Source of the DNA: an uncultured Gammaproteobacteria bacterium
GTDB lineage: Bacteria; Patescibacteriota; Patescibacteriia; Magasanikbacterales; GWA2-37-8
Assembly (NCBI GenBank): GCA_964465205.1
Contig: CAYXJO010000002.1
Coordinates: 26,350 to 90,349, forward strand
DNA: 64,000 nt
Direction: 5' to 3'
Shown: positions 8,456 to 18,083 of the stretch, one piece after another
Layout of the letters: each line of letters opens with the position of its first letter
How positions within the stretch are numbered: position 1 is the first letter of the stretch
Notes under the pieces: model-generated
What the model was told of the DNA's origin: nothing
Database searches by the model: none
The model's input: only the letters and a program-made list of their open reading frames with translations
Position numbers and translations under genes: made by a program

Positions 8456-11400
8456 ATGCCCGTATTCAAACGTCAGCCGCTCAAAACACAAGAGCGCCAA
8501 TATTTTACCAAGAATCTCAACGCCATGGCGTTGCCGAACTTGGTAGAGATCCAGCGCAATTCGTATGATTGGTTTTTGAAATTCGGCGTCAAAGAATTAT
8601 TTGACGAAGTTTCTCCAATCACGGATTTCTCTGGCCGCGATTTGGAACTGTATTTGGAAGATTATTATTTGGATGAACCGCGTTTCGACGAGGTGACTTG
8701 TCGTACTCGTAATATTACTTTCGAAGCACCTCTGCGCATTACCGCTCGTCTGCTCAACAAACGCACCAATGCCAGCAAATCCCAAGAAATTTATTTGGGC
8801 GATGTGCCGATGATGACCAATCGTGGTACCTTTATTGTGAACGGTATCGAACGTGTGGTGGTATCCCAGCTTATTCGTAGCGCCGGTGCTTTTTTTACTG
8901 CCGAGACTGTCCGCGGTCGCCGTTTCTATGGCGCCAAAATTATTCCGAATCGCGGTGCTTGGCTTGAAATCGAAACCGACCAAAGCAATGTAATGTGGGT
9001 GAAGGTTGATCGCAAACGCAAGGTGGCGGTGACATCTTTGCTGCGCGCTTTTGGTATGCAAACCGATGAAGAGTTGCGCGCCGCCGTAGCCGATGTGAAT
9101 AAACATCCGACCATTGATTACATGGAGGCTACCATCAAAAAAGATGTGGCCCATAATATGGATGAAGGTTTGATTGAAGTTTACAAACGCATTCGTCCGG
9201 GCGATCTGGCAACAGCCGATAACGCCAAATCACTTATCTATGCGATGTTCTTCAATTTTGATCGCTATGATTTGGGCAAAGTCGGTGTTTACAAATTCAA
9301 TACCAAATTTGATCTTAATTATTCTGACGAAGATTACGACAAAAAAGATAATCGAGTTTTGTCTTTGGAGAAATTATTGTTGGTGGTAAAAGAAGTGATT
9401 CGTCTCAATGTGACTCAAGAAGAAGCCGATGATGTGGATCATCTTGGCAACCGCCGCGTGCGCGCGGTGGGTGAGCTAGTACAGAATCGTTTTCGTGTCG
9501 GTTTGGCTCGTATGGAACGTATCGTCAAAGACCGCATGAGCACCTATGCTATCGAGGAATTGAATCCGAATAAATTGGTGAATGCGCGTCCGGTGACCAG
9601 TGCGATTCGTGAGTTTTTCATGAGTTCGCAGATGTCACAGTTCATGGATCAAACCAACCCGTTGTCTGAACTCGAACACAAACGTCGTCTCTCGGCCTTG
9701 GGCCCAGGCGGTTTGTCTCGTGATCGTGCTGGCTTCGAAGTGCGCGATGTGCATACTACCCACTATGGTCGCATTTGTCCGATTGCCACTCCAGAAGGTC
9801 CGAACATTGGTTTGGTAAACCATTTGTCTAGTTTTGCCCGCATCAATGAATTTGGTTTTATTGAAACTCCTTATCGTAAAATTCTCAAAGAAGTAGAAAA
9901 CAAAGCCGAGCTCACCGAAGGCGAAATTTTGCGTGGTGATATTGAAGGTATAAAGGATGGTACTTTGATTACCAAAGAAGTCGCCGCCAAACTTGCCAAA
10001 GCCAAATTACAAAAAATTCCGGTGCGTCCACGCATGACTTCCGAAATTATTTATCTCAACTCTTTCCGCGAAGAAAAAGTGATCACTGCCGCCGCGACTG
10101 TAAAGACCGACGACAAAGGTTATTTCTTGGACGAGGCGGTACCGGCCCGTTTGCATGGCAACCCGGGCGTAGCCACTGTGGATCAGTTGGATTATATCGA
10201 TGTGGCCTCTTCACAAGTAGTTAGTGTGGCCACTTCCTGTATTCCATTTTTGGAACATGATGACGCCACCCGCGCTCTCATGGGCACCAACATGCAGCGC
10301 CAGGCAGTACCTTGTATCCACCCCGAGCCACCGCTCGTCGGCACTGGTGTGGAACGCGAAGCGGCCAATTATACCGGCCAACAAGTGATGGCCGATGAAG
10401 ATGGTGAAATTACTGAAGTGGATGGCGCTCATATAGTACTCACTTCCAAAAAAGGAAATAAATATACTTATAATTTAAATAAATTTGTTCGCTCCAATGC
10501 CTCCACTTGTATCAATCAACAGATTTTGGTGCAATTGGGAGATAAAGTAAAAAAAGGCCAGGCTTTGTCCACCGGCCCGTGCGTGGCTAATGGTGAAGTT
10601 TCGGTTGGTCAGAATGTTTTGGTGGCCTATATGGCTTGGGACGGCTTCAACTATGAAGACGCGGTGATCGTTTCCGAACGTGTGGTCCAAAAAGATCGCT
10701 ATACTTCTATTCACATCGAAGACTACACCACTGATGTACGAAACCAAGTTGGGTCCGGAAGTGGTGACCGGCGACATCCCAAATGTCAGTGAAGAAAAAT
10801 TGAAAAATCTCGACAGCGAAGGCATCGTCCGTATTGGTGCCGAAGTAAAATCCGGCGACATCTTGGTGGGTAAAATTACTCCCAAAGGTGAAACCGAATT
10901 ATCCGCCGAAGAAAGATTGCTCCGTGCCATCTTTGGTGAAAAAGCGCGCGACGTCCGCGATTCATCTTTGTATTTGGAACACGGCGAACACGGCAAAGTA
11001 ATTGGTATTCAAATCTTCTCTGCCGAAAATGGCGACAAACTCGAACCGGGTATCATCAAGCAGGTTCAGGTCAAAGTAGCTGATATGCGCAAAATTCAAG
11101 TCGGCGACAAGATGGCCGGCCGTCATGGTAACAAAGGTGTAATTTCGCGCGTAGTACCAGCCGAAGACATGCCGTTTTTGGAAGACGGTACTCCGATCGA
11201 CATTATTTTGTCACCGCTCGGCGTTATTTCTCGTATGAACCTGGGGCAGCTGCTCGAGACTCATTTGGGTCTGGCCGCCAACGCCCTTGGCTACAAAGTA
11301 GCCACTCCGGTGCTCAATGGTATCAATGAAGAACAAATTCGTGCCGAGCTCGAAAAAGCTGGATTGCCGGTAGATGGCCAAATGCAATTATACGATGGTC

Positions 11401-11867
11401 GCACCGGTGAAGCTTTTGATACCAAGACTACAGTTGGCTACAATTACATGCTCAAACTCAACCACATGGTGGAAGATAAAATCCATCAACGTTCTATCGG
11501 TCCGTACAGTCTTATCACTCAACAACCGCTTGGTGGTAAAGCGCAGTTTGGTGGCCAGCGTTTTGGTGAAATGGAAGTTTGGGCCATCGAGGCTTATGGT
11601 GCCGCTCATACTTTGCAGGAAATTTTGACTATTAAATCCGACGATGTGCCTGGTCGCTCCAAAGCCTACGAAGCAATCATCAAGGGCGAGCAAATCAGTC
11701 GCGTCAATTTACCGGAATCATTTAATGTATTAGTGCGAGAGCTCAAAGGTTTGGGTCTGGATGTGGAGCTGCTCAAACGTAGCGAATCGGGCGAGTATGT
11801 CCTGGCGAGTACTCTAGCCGAACAACAAAAGGTCGAAGCCGGAGAAAATACGGAAGAACAGAAATAA
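8456..11867 (+). CDS. rpoB: RNA polymerase beta subunit, split by a frameshift near 10738
   Basis: ORFs 8456-10792 and 10680-11867 together give full RpoB ([45 protein letters not shown]); 2 nt are missing in DVR-ETKLGPE. Confidence 0.95.
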
Positions 11868-11895
11868 TTAATCACTAATCATTAATTATAAATAT

Positions 11896-14800
11896 ATGAA
11901 TCGCGATACTCTTCACTCTCTCGACTTCGATGCCATTCGTTTACGTGTTGCCTCTCCTGAGGCGATTCGTGCTTGGTCTTTTGGCGAAGTGGACAAACCG
12001 GAAACTATTAACTACCGCACTCAGAAACCGGAAAAAGGTGGTTTGTTTGCCGAAGAAATTTTTGGTCCGACCAAAGACTGGGAATGTTACTGCGGAAAAT
12101 ACAAAAAAATTCGTTACAAAGGAATCGTCTGCGACAAGTGCGGCGTGGAAGTAACCACTTCGCTCGTTCGTCGCGAACGCATGGGTCATATTGAGCTCGC
12201 CGCTCCGGTCACTCATATTTGGTTCTTGCGCTCCGTGCCTTCCAAGATCGGTTTGGTATTGGATTTATCCGTACAGGCTTTGGAGAAAGTAATTTATTTC
12301 GCTTCTTTTGTAATCACACATGTGGATGAGGCCGGCCGGAAACAAACTGTCGAACTGTTGCGTCAAGAATATAAATCCAAACGTAAACAAATTGACAAAG
12401 AATTTGAAACCAAAGTAAAAGAATTGAATGACGGTAAAGCTTCCGCCGAAGCGCTTGAACTGGCCCAACAAGATGCCGATCGTAAACGCGCTGCACTCGA
12501 CGAAGATTTCCAACAAGCCGACAAGGAGCTCAAAGAATTGCAAGTCATGAAAATTGTTTCCGAAAATAAATATCAGGAGCTGTCTTTGCGCTACGGCCAT
12601 CTGTTCGAAGCCGGCATCGGCGCCGAAGCGGTGCGCGGACTTCTCGAACGCGTGAATATTGACGAAACCATCAAGAAATTAATCGAGGAACAGGCCAATG
12701 CCAAGGGTTCCAAGTTGGAACGTATTATCCGCCGCAAGAAATTACTCAAGAGTTTGGCGAAAAATGACATTCGTCCGGAATGGATGATTATGAAAAATAT
12801 TCCGGTGATTCCACCGGATCTGCGCCCGATGGTCGCGCTCGATGGCGGTCGTTTTGCTACTTCCGATCTCAACGATTTGTATCGTCGTGTTATCAACCGC
12901 AACAACCGTTTGGCGCGTTTGCTTGAACTCGATGCTCCGGAAGTTATTTGTCGCAATGAAAAACGCATGTTGCAAGAAGCGGTGGATGCGCTTATCGATA
13001 ATAACGCGCGCCACAGCAAGACAGTGCTTGCCGCTACCGGTCAAAAGCGCCAATTGCGCTCACTCGCGGATATTCTCAAAGGTAAACAAGGCCGTTTCCG
13101 TCAGAATTTGCTTGGCAAACGCGTAGACTACTCCGGTCGTAGTGTGATTGTGGTGGGTCCGACCCTCAATATTGATGAGTGCGGTTTGCCCAAACGCATG
13201 GCGCTCGAACTTTTCAAACCGTTTATCATGGCCGAAATCATCAAACGCGAACTTGCTCACAATGTGCGCAGTGCCAGTCGTTATATTGAAGCCGAACATG
13301 ATGAAGTGTGGGATATCCTAGAAGAGCTCACCAAAAATACCCGCGTGTTACTCAACCGCGCTCCGACTTTGCATCGTTTGGGTATTCAGGCTTTTCACCC
13401 CCGTCTTGTAGAAGGTAAAGCTATCCAGCTTCATCCGCTTACTTGTACTGCTTTCAACGCCGACTTCGATGGTGATCAGATGGCTGTGCATTTACCACTT
13501 ACTGCCGAGGCGCGTTGGGAAGCAGACAATCTCATGGCTTCCGAAAAGAACTTGCTCAAACCAGCTACCGGTCAACCAGTGATTACTCCGAACCAAGATA
13601 TCGTACTCGGTGCCTATTATCTTACTCGTTATCACAGCTCTGATACTGCCGAAGTAAAGAAATTTTATTCCTGCGAACAAGAAGCCAAATTAGCCTATAA
13701 AAGCCGCGTGATTGGTTTGCATGAACGTATCAAAGTGCGTTTCACCAACATGGATAAATTCCCGGAAGGCACTTCGCATTTGGTAGAAACTTCGGTAGGT
13801 CGTTTGATTTTCAACGAAGTGATCCCGAGCAAACTACCATATTACAATGAACCGATTACCAAGAAAAAATTAGGTCAAATCATTTCATTGCATTTGGAAA
13901 TGTACGGCCAACAGGACACCGCATTTTTTGCCGATGCTCTCAAAAATTTGTGCTTCAAATATATTACCAAATCCGGTTACTCCATTGGCGCCGGTATGTT
14001 TGGCAGAATTGGCGACAAAGCCGATATCTTGGCCGAAGGTGATGTGTCGGTGCGTGAAACCGAACAACAATATCAAGAAGGTTTGCTTACTCAAAGTGAA
14101 CGCCATTCCAAGATTTTGGAAATTTGGACTGATGTAAAAGATCGAGTAGTCGCCAAAAGTCAGGACACGCTCAATAAAGACACCTCTGTATTCGCCATGA
14201 TTGATTCTGGTGCGCGTGGTACTTTGGGACAGCTTGGCCAGATGGTCGGTATGAAAGGTCTCGTAGTGTCTCCGTCCGGTGACATTATCGAGTTGCCAGT
14301 AAAAGGCAACTTCAAAGAAGGTTTTGACGTGATTGAATATTTCATTTCTTCGCACGGTACCCGTAAGGGTCTTTCGGACACCGCCTTGCGTACTGCGAAC
14401 GCCGGTTACCTTACTCGTCGTTTGGTGGATGTGTCGCAAGATGTGGTAGTACTTGAAGAAGATTGTGGTGATGATATTGGTGAAGTGTTTACCATTGCTC
14501 AATCCAAAGAAATGGGTGAAAAATTGGCCGATCGTGTCTGGGGTCGTTATGTGATGGCCGATGTAAAAATTGGTAACAAGGTTTTGCTCAAAGCCGGTGA
14601 TGTGATTGACGAGAAGATCGCCCGTTCTATCGAAGAAAACAAAGTGGATAATATTCATGTACGTTCGGTTTTGCAATGTCGTCTGCCCAAAGGCGTGTGC
14701 CGCAAGTGTTATGGTTTTGATTTGGCACACAACAAACCGGCCGAATATGGTGCCGCAGTCGGTATTATCGCCGCCCAATCCATCGGTGAGCCGGGTACGC

Positions 14801-15768
14801 AGCTTACTTTGCGCACCTTCCATGCCGGCGGTGTCGTCGGTGGTGATATTACCCAAGGTTTGCCACGCGTAGAAGAGCTATTCGAATGCCGCGCTCCCAA
14901 ACATCAGGCGGTTTTGGCCGATGTAGAAGGTAAAGTAGAAATCGAAGATGCTGATGGCAAAATCGTGACTTCGCCGACCGGCAAGAAAATCTTCGAAGGC
15001 CGCAGAGGACAAAAAATTGTCCGCGTACACTTCGAAGGCATGGATGAAATGAAAACCAAATTGAAATCCGAAGACGAAGTGATGGTAAAAAATGGCGATA
15101 ATGTTATCAAAGACACTGTGCTTATCGTACGCGGCGCTTCGGGTGAAGAAGTAATTGCCAAATACGATGGCCAAGTGAAAATTGAGAAAAATAATTTCAC
15201 TTTGTCTTATGTTGGTCCGAAAGTGCGCGAATATATTATACCGCTCGGTTATAAATTGTATGTAAAGAGCGGTGAAGAGGTGAAAAAAGGCGACCAGATG
15301 ACTGATGGTTCTATTCACTTGCAAGAATTATTTGAACTCAAGGGGCGCGCTGCGGTACAACGTTATATTTTGCAAGAAGTACAGAATATTTATTCTTCTC
15401 AAGGTCAGAAAGTAAACGATAAACACGTAGAACTTCTCATTAAACAGATGTTTAGTCGTGTGTACGTAGAAGATGCCGGCGACACCGATTTGTTGCCGGG
15501 TGAAGTGGTAGAACGCGCTCAAGTTGACTACGCTAATCGTTTGGCGAAAAAAGAAGGTGGCAAATTAGCCACCGTGCGTGAATTGCTACTTGGTATTTCT
15601 CGTGTCGCTTTGTCCACCCAGAGTTTCTTATCAGCCGCTTCGTTCCAAGAGACTGCCAAGGTTTTGATCAACACTGCCATCACTGGTAAGATTGATTACC
15701 TCGAAGGTCTCAAAGAAAACGTGATTATCGGCAGATTGATTCCAGCTGGTACCGGGTTTAAACAATAA
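11896..15768 (+). CDS. rpoC: RNA polymerase beta' subunit
   Basis: NADFDGD catalytic motif; Zn finger CYCGKY...CDKC; SIGEPGTQLT. Confidence 0.99.
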   Translation: MNRDTLHSLDFDAIRLRVASPEAIRAWSFGEVDKPETINYRTQKPEKGGLFAEEIFGPTKDWECYCGKYKKIRYKGIVCDKCGVEVTTSLVRRERMGHIELAAPVTHIWFLRSVPSKIGLVLDLSVQALEKVIYFASFVITHVDEAGRKQTVELLRQEYKSKRKQIDKEFETKVKELNDGKASAEALELAQQDADRKRAALDEDFQQADKELKELQVMKIVSENKYQELSLRYGHLFEAGIGAEAVRGLLERVNIDETIKKLIEEQANAKGSKLERIIRRKKLLKSLAKNDIRPEWMIMKNIPVIPPDLRPMVALDGGRFATSDLNDLYRRVINRNNRLARLLELDAPEVICRNEKRMLQEAVDALIDNNARHSKTVLAATGQKRQLRSLADILKGKQGRFRQNLLGKRVDYSGRSVIVVGPTLNIDECGLPKRMALELFKPFIMAEIIKRELAHNVRSASRYIEAEHDEVWDILEELTKNTRVLLNRAPTLHRLGIQAFHPRLVEGKAIQLHPLTCTAFNADFDGDQMAVHLPLTAEARWEADNLMASEKNLLKPATGQPVITPNQDIVLGAYYLTRYHSSDTAEVKKFYSCEQEAKLAYKSRVIGLHERIKVRFTNMDKFPEGTSHLVETSVGRLIFNEVIPSKLPYYNEPITKKKLGQIISLHLEMYGQQDTAFFADALKNLCFKYITKSGYSIGAGMFGRIGDKADILAEGDVSVRETEQQYQEGLLTQSERHSKILEIWTDVKDRVVAKSQDTLNKDTSVFAMIDSGARGTLGQLGQMVGMKGLVVSPSGDIIELPVKGNFKEGFDVIEYFISSHGTRKGLSDTALRTANAGYLTRRLVDVSQDVVVLEEDCGDDIGEVFTIAQSKEMGEKLADRVWGRYVMADVKIGNKVLLKAGDVIDEKIARSIEENKVDNIHVRSVLQCRLPKGVCRKCYGFDLAHNKPAEYGAAVGIIAAQSIGEPGTQLTLRTFHAGGVVGGDITQGLPRVEELFECRAPKHQAVLADVEGKVEIEDADGKIVTSPTGKKIFEGRRGQKIVRVHFEGMDEMKTKLKSEDEVMVKNGDNVIKDTVLIVRGASGEEVIAKYDGQVKIEKNNFTLSYVGPKVREYIIPLGYKLYVKSGEEVKKGDQMTDGSIHLQELFELKGRAAVQRYILQEVQNIYSSQGQKVNDKHVELLIKQMFSRVYVEDAGDTDLLPGEVVERAQVDYANRLAKKEGGKLATVRELLLGISRVALSTQSFLSAASFQETAKVLINTAITGKIDYLEGLKENVIIGRLIPAGTGFKQ

Positions 15769-15774
15769 GTGATT

Positions 15775-15897
15775 AAAAAACCGGCCTAGTAGTATAATAA
15801 TTTTCTGGCGGCCAGACTTGCCCTATCGGGCTACGCCCCGCGTGGCGGGGTGCGATGGCCGCTGGCGAAAATTATTATCTACTTCGGTCGGTTTTTT
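15775..15897. terminator. Large branched hairpin/terminator after rpoC
   Basis: aaaaaaccggcc...ggtcggtttttt closing stem with ataataattttc/gaaaattattat and two inner GC-rich hairpins. Confidence 0.65.
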
Positions 15898-15960
15898 GTT
15901 AGCATAAAAAATCCGCACCTTACGGCGCGGAGAGTGGTTCAGTACTTGATCTTGCAAGTT

Positions 15961-16347
15961 TTATTTGCCAAAGAACATGTCTTGGCTCTCTTTAATAAAT
16001 TCATAAAACTTTGTCTGGAGCTCGATGAAGACCGGGTTGGAGAACTGTTCGTCAGTCGGTATCGATTCGGCTTCGATTACCGCCCAGACTGTTTTTTCCA
16101 ACAATTCGATGAACTTGGCTTGGGTCTGTTCATCGAATTGACCCGGTTCGATATCGAATTGGTAGAATACATCCTCGCCCATGTGAATTACGAAACGGTC
16201 GAGGAAGCCGCGTTTTTGTAAAGCTTCATTGGCAATGGCGTCGTATTCTTCCTGGGTGAGCTGAGTGGGTACTTTTGTGACAAAGAACTTAAACGCGTAA
16301 TGGTATTCGAAATGATTGTCCTGGAATTGGATTGCTAGAAATGGCAT
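15961..16347 (-). CDS. Hypothetical acidic protein (orphan cassette)
   Basis: Purine-rich SD (AAAGGGAG); own TTGACA promoter near 16447; downstream hairpin. Confidence 0.65.
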   Translation of the reverse strand: MPFLAIQFQDNHFEYHYAFKFFVTKVPTQLTQEEYDAIANEALQKRGFLDRFVIHMGEDVFYQFDIEPGQFDEQTQAKFIELLEKTVWAVIEAESIPTDEQFSNPVFIELQTKFYEFIKESQDMFFGK

Positions 16348-16499
16348 GGGCGTTCTCCCTTCTCTTCAGTAACACTTTTTTTGTTTAGAAGCTTCTGCGC
16401 ACTTACTAACGTGCAGGTAGTTTGGCATGAATAATCAATCTTGTCAAGGTTTTGTCCATCTGGTATAATTATTTTGTCTAAAATAAGCCAAATAAACGT

Positions 16500-17231
16500 A
16501 TGTCTGGTCACAGTAAATGGCACAATATCCAAGCCCGAAAAGGCAAACAGGATGCGGCCAAAAGTAATGTTTTTTCTAAATACGCCAAACAAATTATGGT
16601 TGTGGCGCGCGCGGGTGGGGGAGATCCAACTGCGAATTTTTCGTTGCGTCTGCTAATCGACAAATCCAAAGCTGCTGGTATGCCCAAAGATAATATCGAA
16701 CGTGCAATCAAACGCGGTACCGGCGAATCAAATGATGGCGTGCAAATGGAAGAGGCCTTGTACGAAGCGTTCGGACCGGGTGGTACCGCTATACTCATCA
16801 AATCAATTACCGACAACAAAAATCGCGCGAGTTCGGAGATTAAACATATTATCAGCACTCACGGTGGTAATATGGGTGGTGCGGGAAGTGTGCAGTGGAT
16901 GTTTGGCCAGTGGGGGGTGATAGTATTTGCCAAAAATAAAATTGCCGAAAAGAATTTGAACGAAGAAGATTTGCAAATGCAATTGATTGAAGCGGGCGCG
17001 GAGGATATTATTGTTGATGAGGAAATTGAAATCAAAACCAAAGTAGAAAATTTACAAAAAGTTTTATTGAAATTAAAAGAATTTGGCATGGAACCAGATG
17101 AGTCTGGTATTGGGTGGGTCGCTAAAGATAAGGTGGTAGTAGATGACTCCGCTCAAAATAAATTGGAATCAATATTTTCCGCTTTTGAAGACAACGACGA
17201 CGTAGATGACTATTGGACTAATGCCGAATAA
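16500..17231 (+). CDS. yebC: YebC/PmpR family protein
   Basis: MSGHSKWHNI, MPKDNIERAI, YEAFGPGG; next to ruvC. Confidence 0.96.
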   Translation: MSGHSKWHNIQARKGKQDAAKSNVFSKYAKQIMVVARAGGGDPTANFSLRLLIDKSKAAGMPKDNIERAIKRGTGESNDGVQMEEALYEAFGPGGTAILIKSITDNKNRASSEIKHIISTHGGNMGGAGSVQWMFGQWGVIVFAKNKIAEKNLNEEDLQMQLIEAGAEDIIVDEEIEIKTKVENLQKVLLKLKEFGMEPDESGIGWVAKDKVVVDDSAQNKLESIFSAFEDNDDVDDYWTNAE

Positions 17232-17233
17232 CT

Positions 17234-17749
17234 ATGTCAAAATCAGAAATCGTCTTGGGCATTGATCCTGGCTTCGGTCGGGTAGGATACGGGCTGGTCG
17301 AGCGCGGCGGACGCAATGATTGGCATGCGCTTGATTGGGGTTGTATCGAAACTTCTCCCAAAAAAGAATTTGTGGAACGCCTGCAAGAAATTTGTGATGC
17401 GGTCACTGCGCTCATAAAAAAATATCAACCGGAGATTATCGCCGTCGAAGAATTATTTTTTTTCAAAAATGTTACTACGGCTATTCAGGTTGGCCAAGCG
17501 CGTGGTGTGATACTGCTCGCCGGGGTCCAGGCTGGTCTGAAAATTTGTGAATTCACTCCCCTACAAGTCAAACAATCGCTCACCGGCTATGGTCGGGCGG
17601 AAAAAGCCCAGATGCAAAAGATGGTAGCCATGCTTTTGGGTATAAAGGGTAAAATTAAATCCGACGATGCCGCCGACGCCCTAGCGATTGCTCTGGCGGC
17701 TGGTCAGACAGCCCGTTTTGAGCGACGTGTAGCCAAATCTTGTCGCTAG
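17234..17749 (+). CDS. ruvC: Holliday junction resolvase RuvC
   Basis: LGIDPG, EELFF, QARGV, GYGRAEKAQ, DDAADALA. Confidence 0.97.
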   Translation: MSKSEIVLGIDPGFGRVGYGLVERGGRNDWHALDWGCIETSPKKEFVERLQEICDAVTALIKKYQPEIIAVEELFFFKNVTTAIQVGQARGVILLAGVQAGLKICEFTPLQVKQSLTGYGRAEKAQMQKMVAMLLGIKGKIKSDDAADALAIALAAGQTARFERRVAKSCR

Positions 17750-17770
17750 GTAAAAACAATTAAGTTATCC

Positions 17771-17802
17771 ACACCGGCCACGCTTAGTGGCCGGTGTTTT
17801 TT
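17771..17802 (+). terminator. Intrinsic terminator after ruvC
   Basis: acaccggcca-cgcttag-tggccggtgt followed by a T-tract. Confidence 0.8.
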
Positions 17803-17803
17803 A

Positions 17804-17854
17804 TGGTATAATAAAACCGGTCTAATTCTATATATTGATATCAATATATTGATA
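17804..17854 (+). promoter_or_regulatory. Extended -10 promoter (TGGTATAAT) plus overlapping palindromic operator
   Basis: Perfect palindromes atatattgatatcaatatat (17830-17849) and tatcaatatattgata (17839-17854) before the XRE gene. Confidence 0.6.
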
Positions 17855-17868
17855 GAATAAATCAGCCT

Positions 17869-18081
17869 ATGAACCCTGGCGGAGGACAGCTGGGAGCCAA
17901 TATAAAACGAATCCGACTCGAGAAAGGAATCTCGCAAGAAGCTTTGGCACGCAAGGCTGATTTAAAGTTGTCGAATTTGGCAAAGGTCGAAGGTGGATTT
18001 AATAGCAATCCCACGTTGCAGACACTGACCGCGATCGCGAATGTTTTGACCGGCGGCAGTATTGATCGATTGCTAAAATAG
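17869..18081 (+). CDS. XRE-family HTH transcriptional regulator
   Basis: IKRIRLEKGISQEALA...LAKVEGG..NPTLQTL. Confidence 0.88.
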   Translation: MNPGGGQLGANIKRIRLEKGISQEALARKADLKLSNLAKVEGGFNSNPTLQTLTAIANVLTGGSIDRLLK

Positions 18082-18083
18082 AT

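Noticed and set aside
13885-14856. 323-aa antisense ORF and similar shadow ORFs inside rpoB, rpoC, ftsK and ileS
   Set aside because: Antisense shadows of conserved genes caused by codon bias, with no independent signals.
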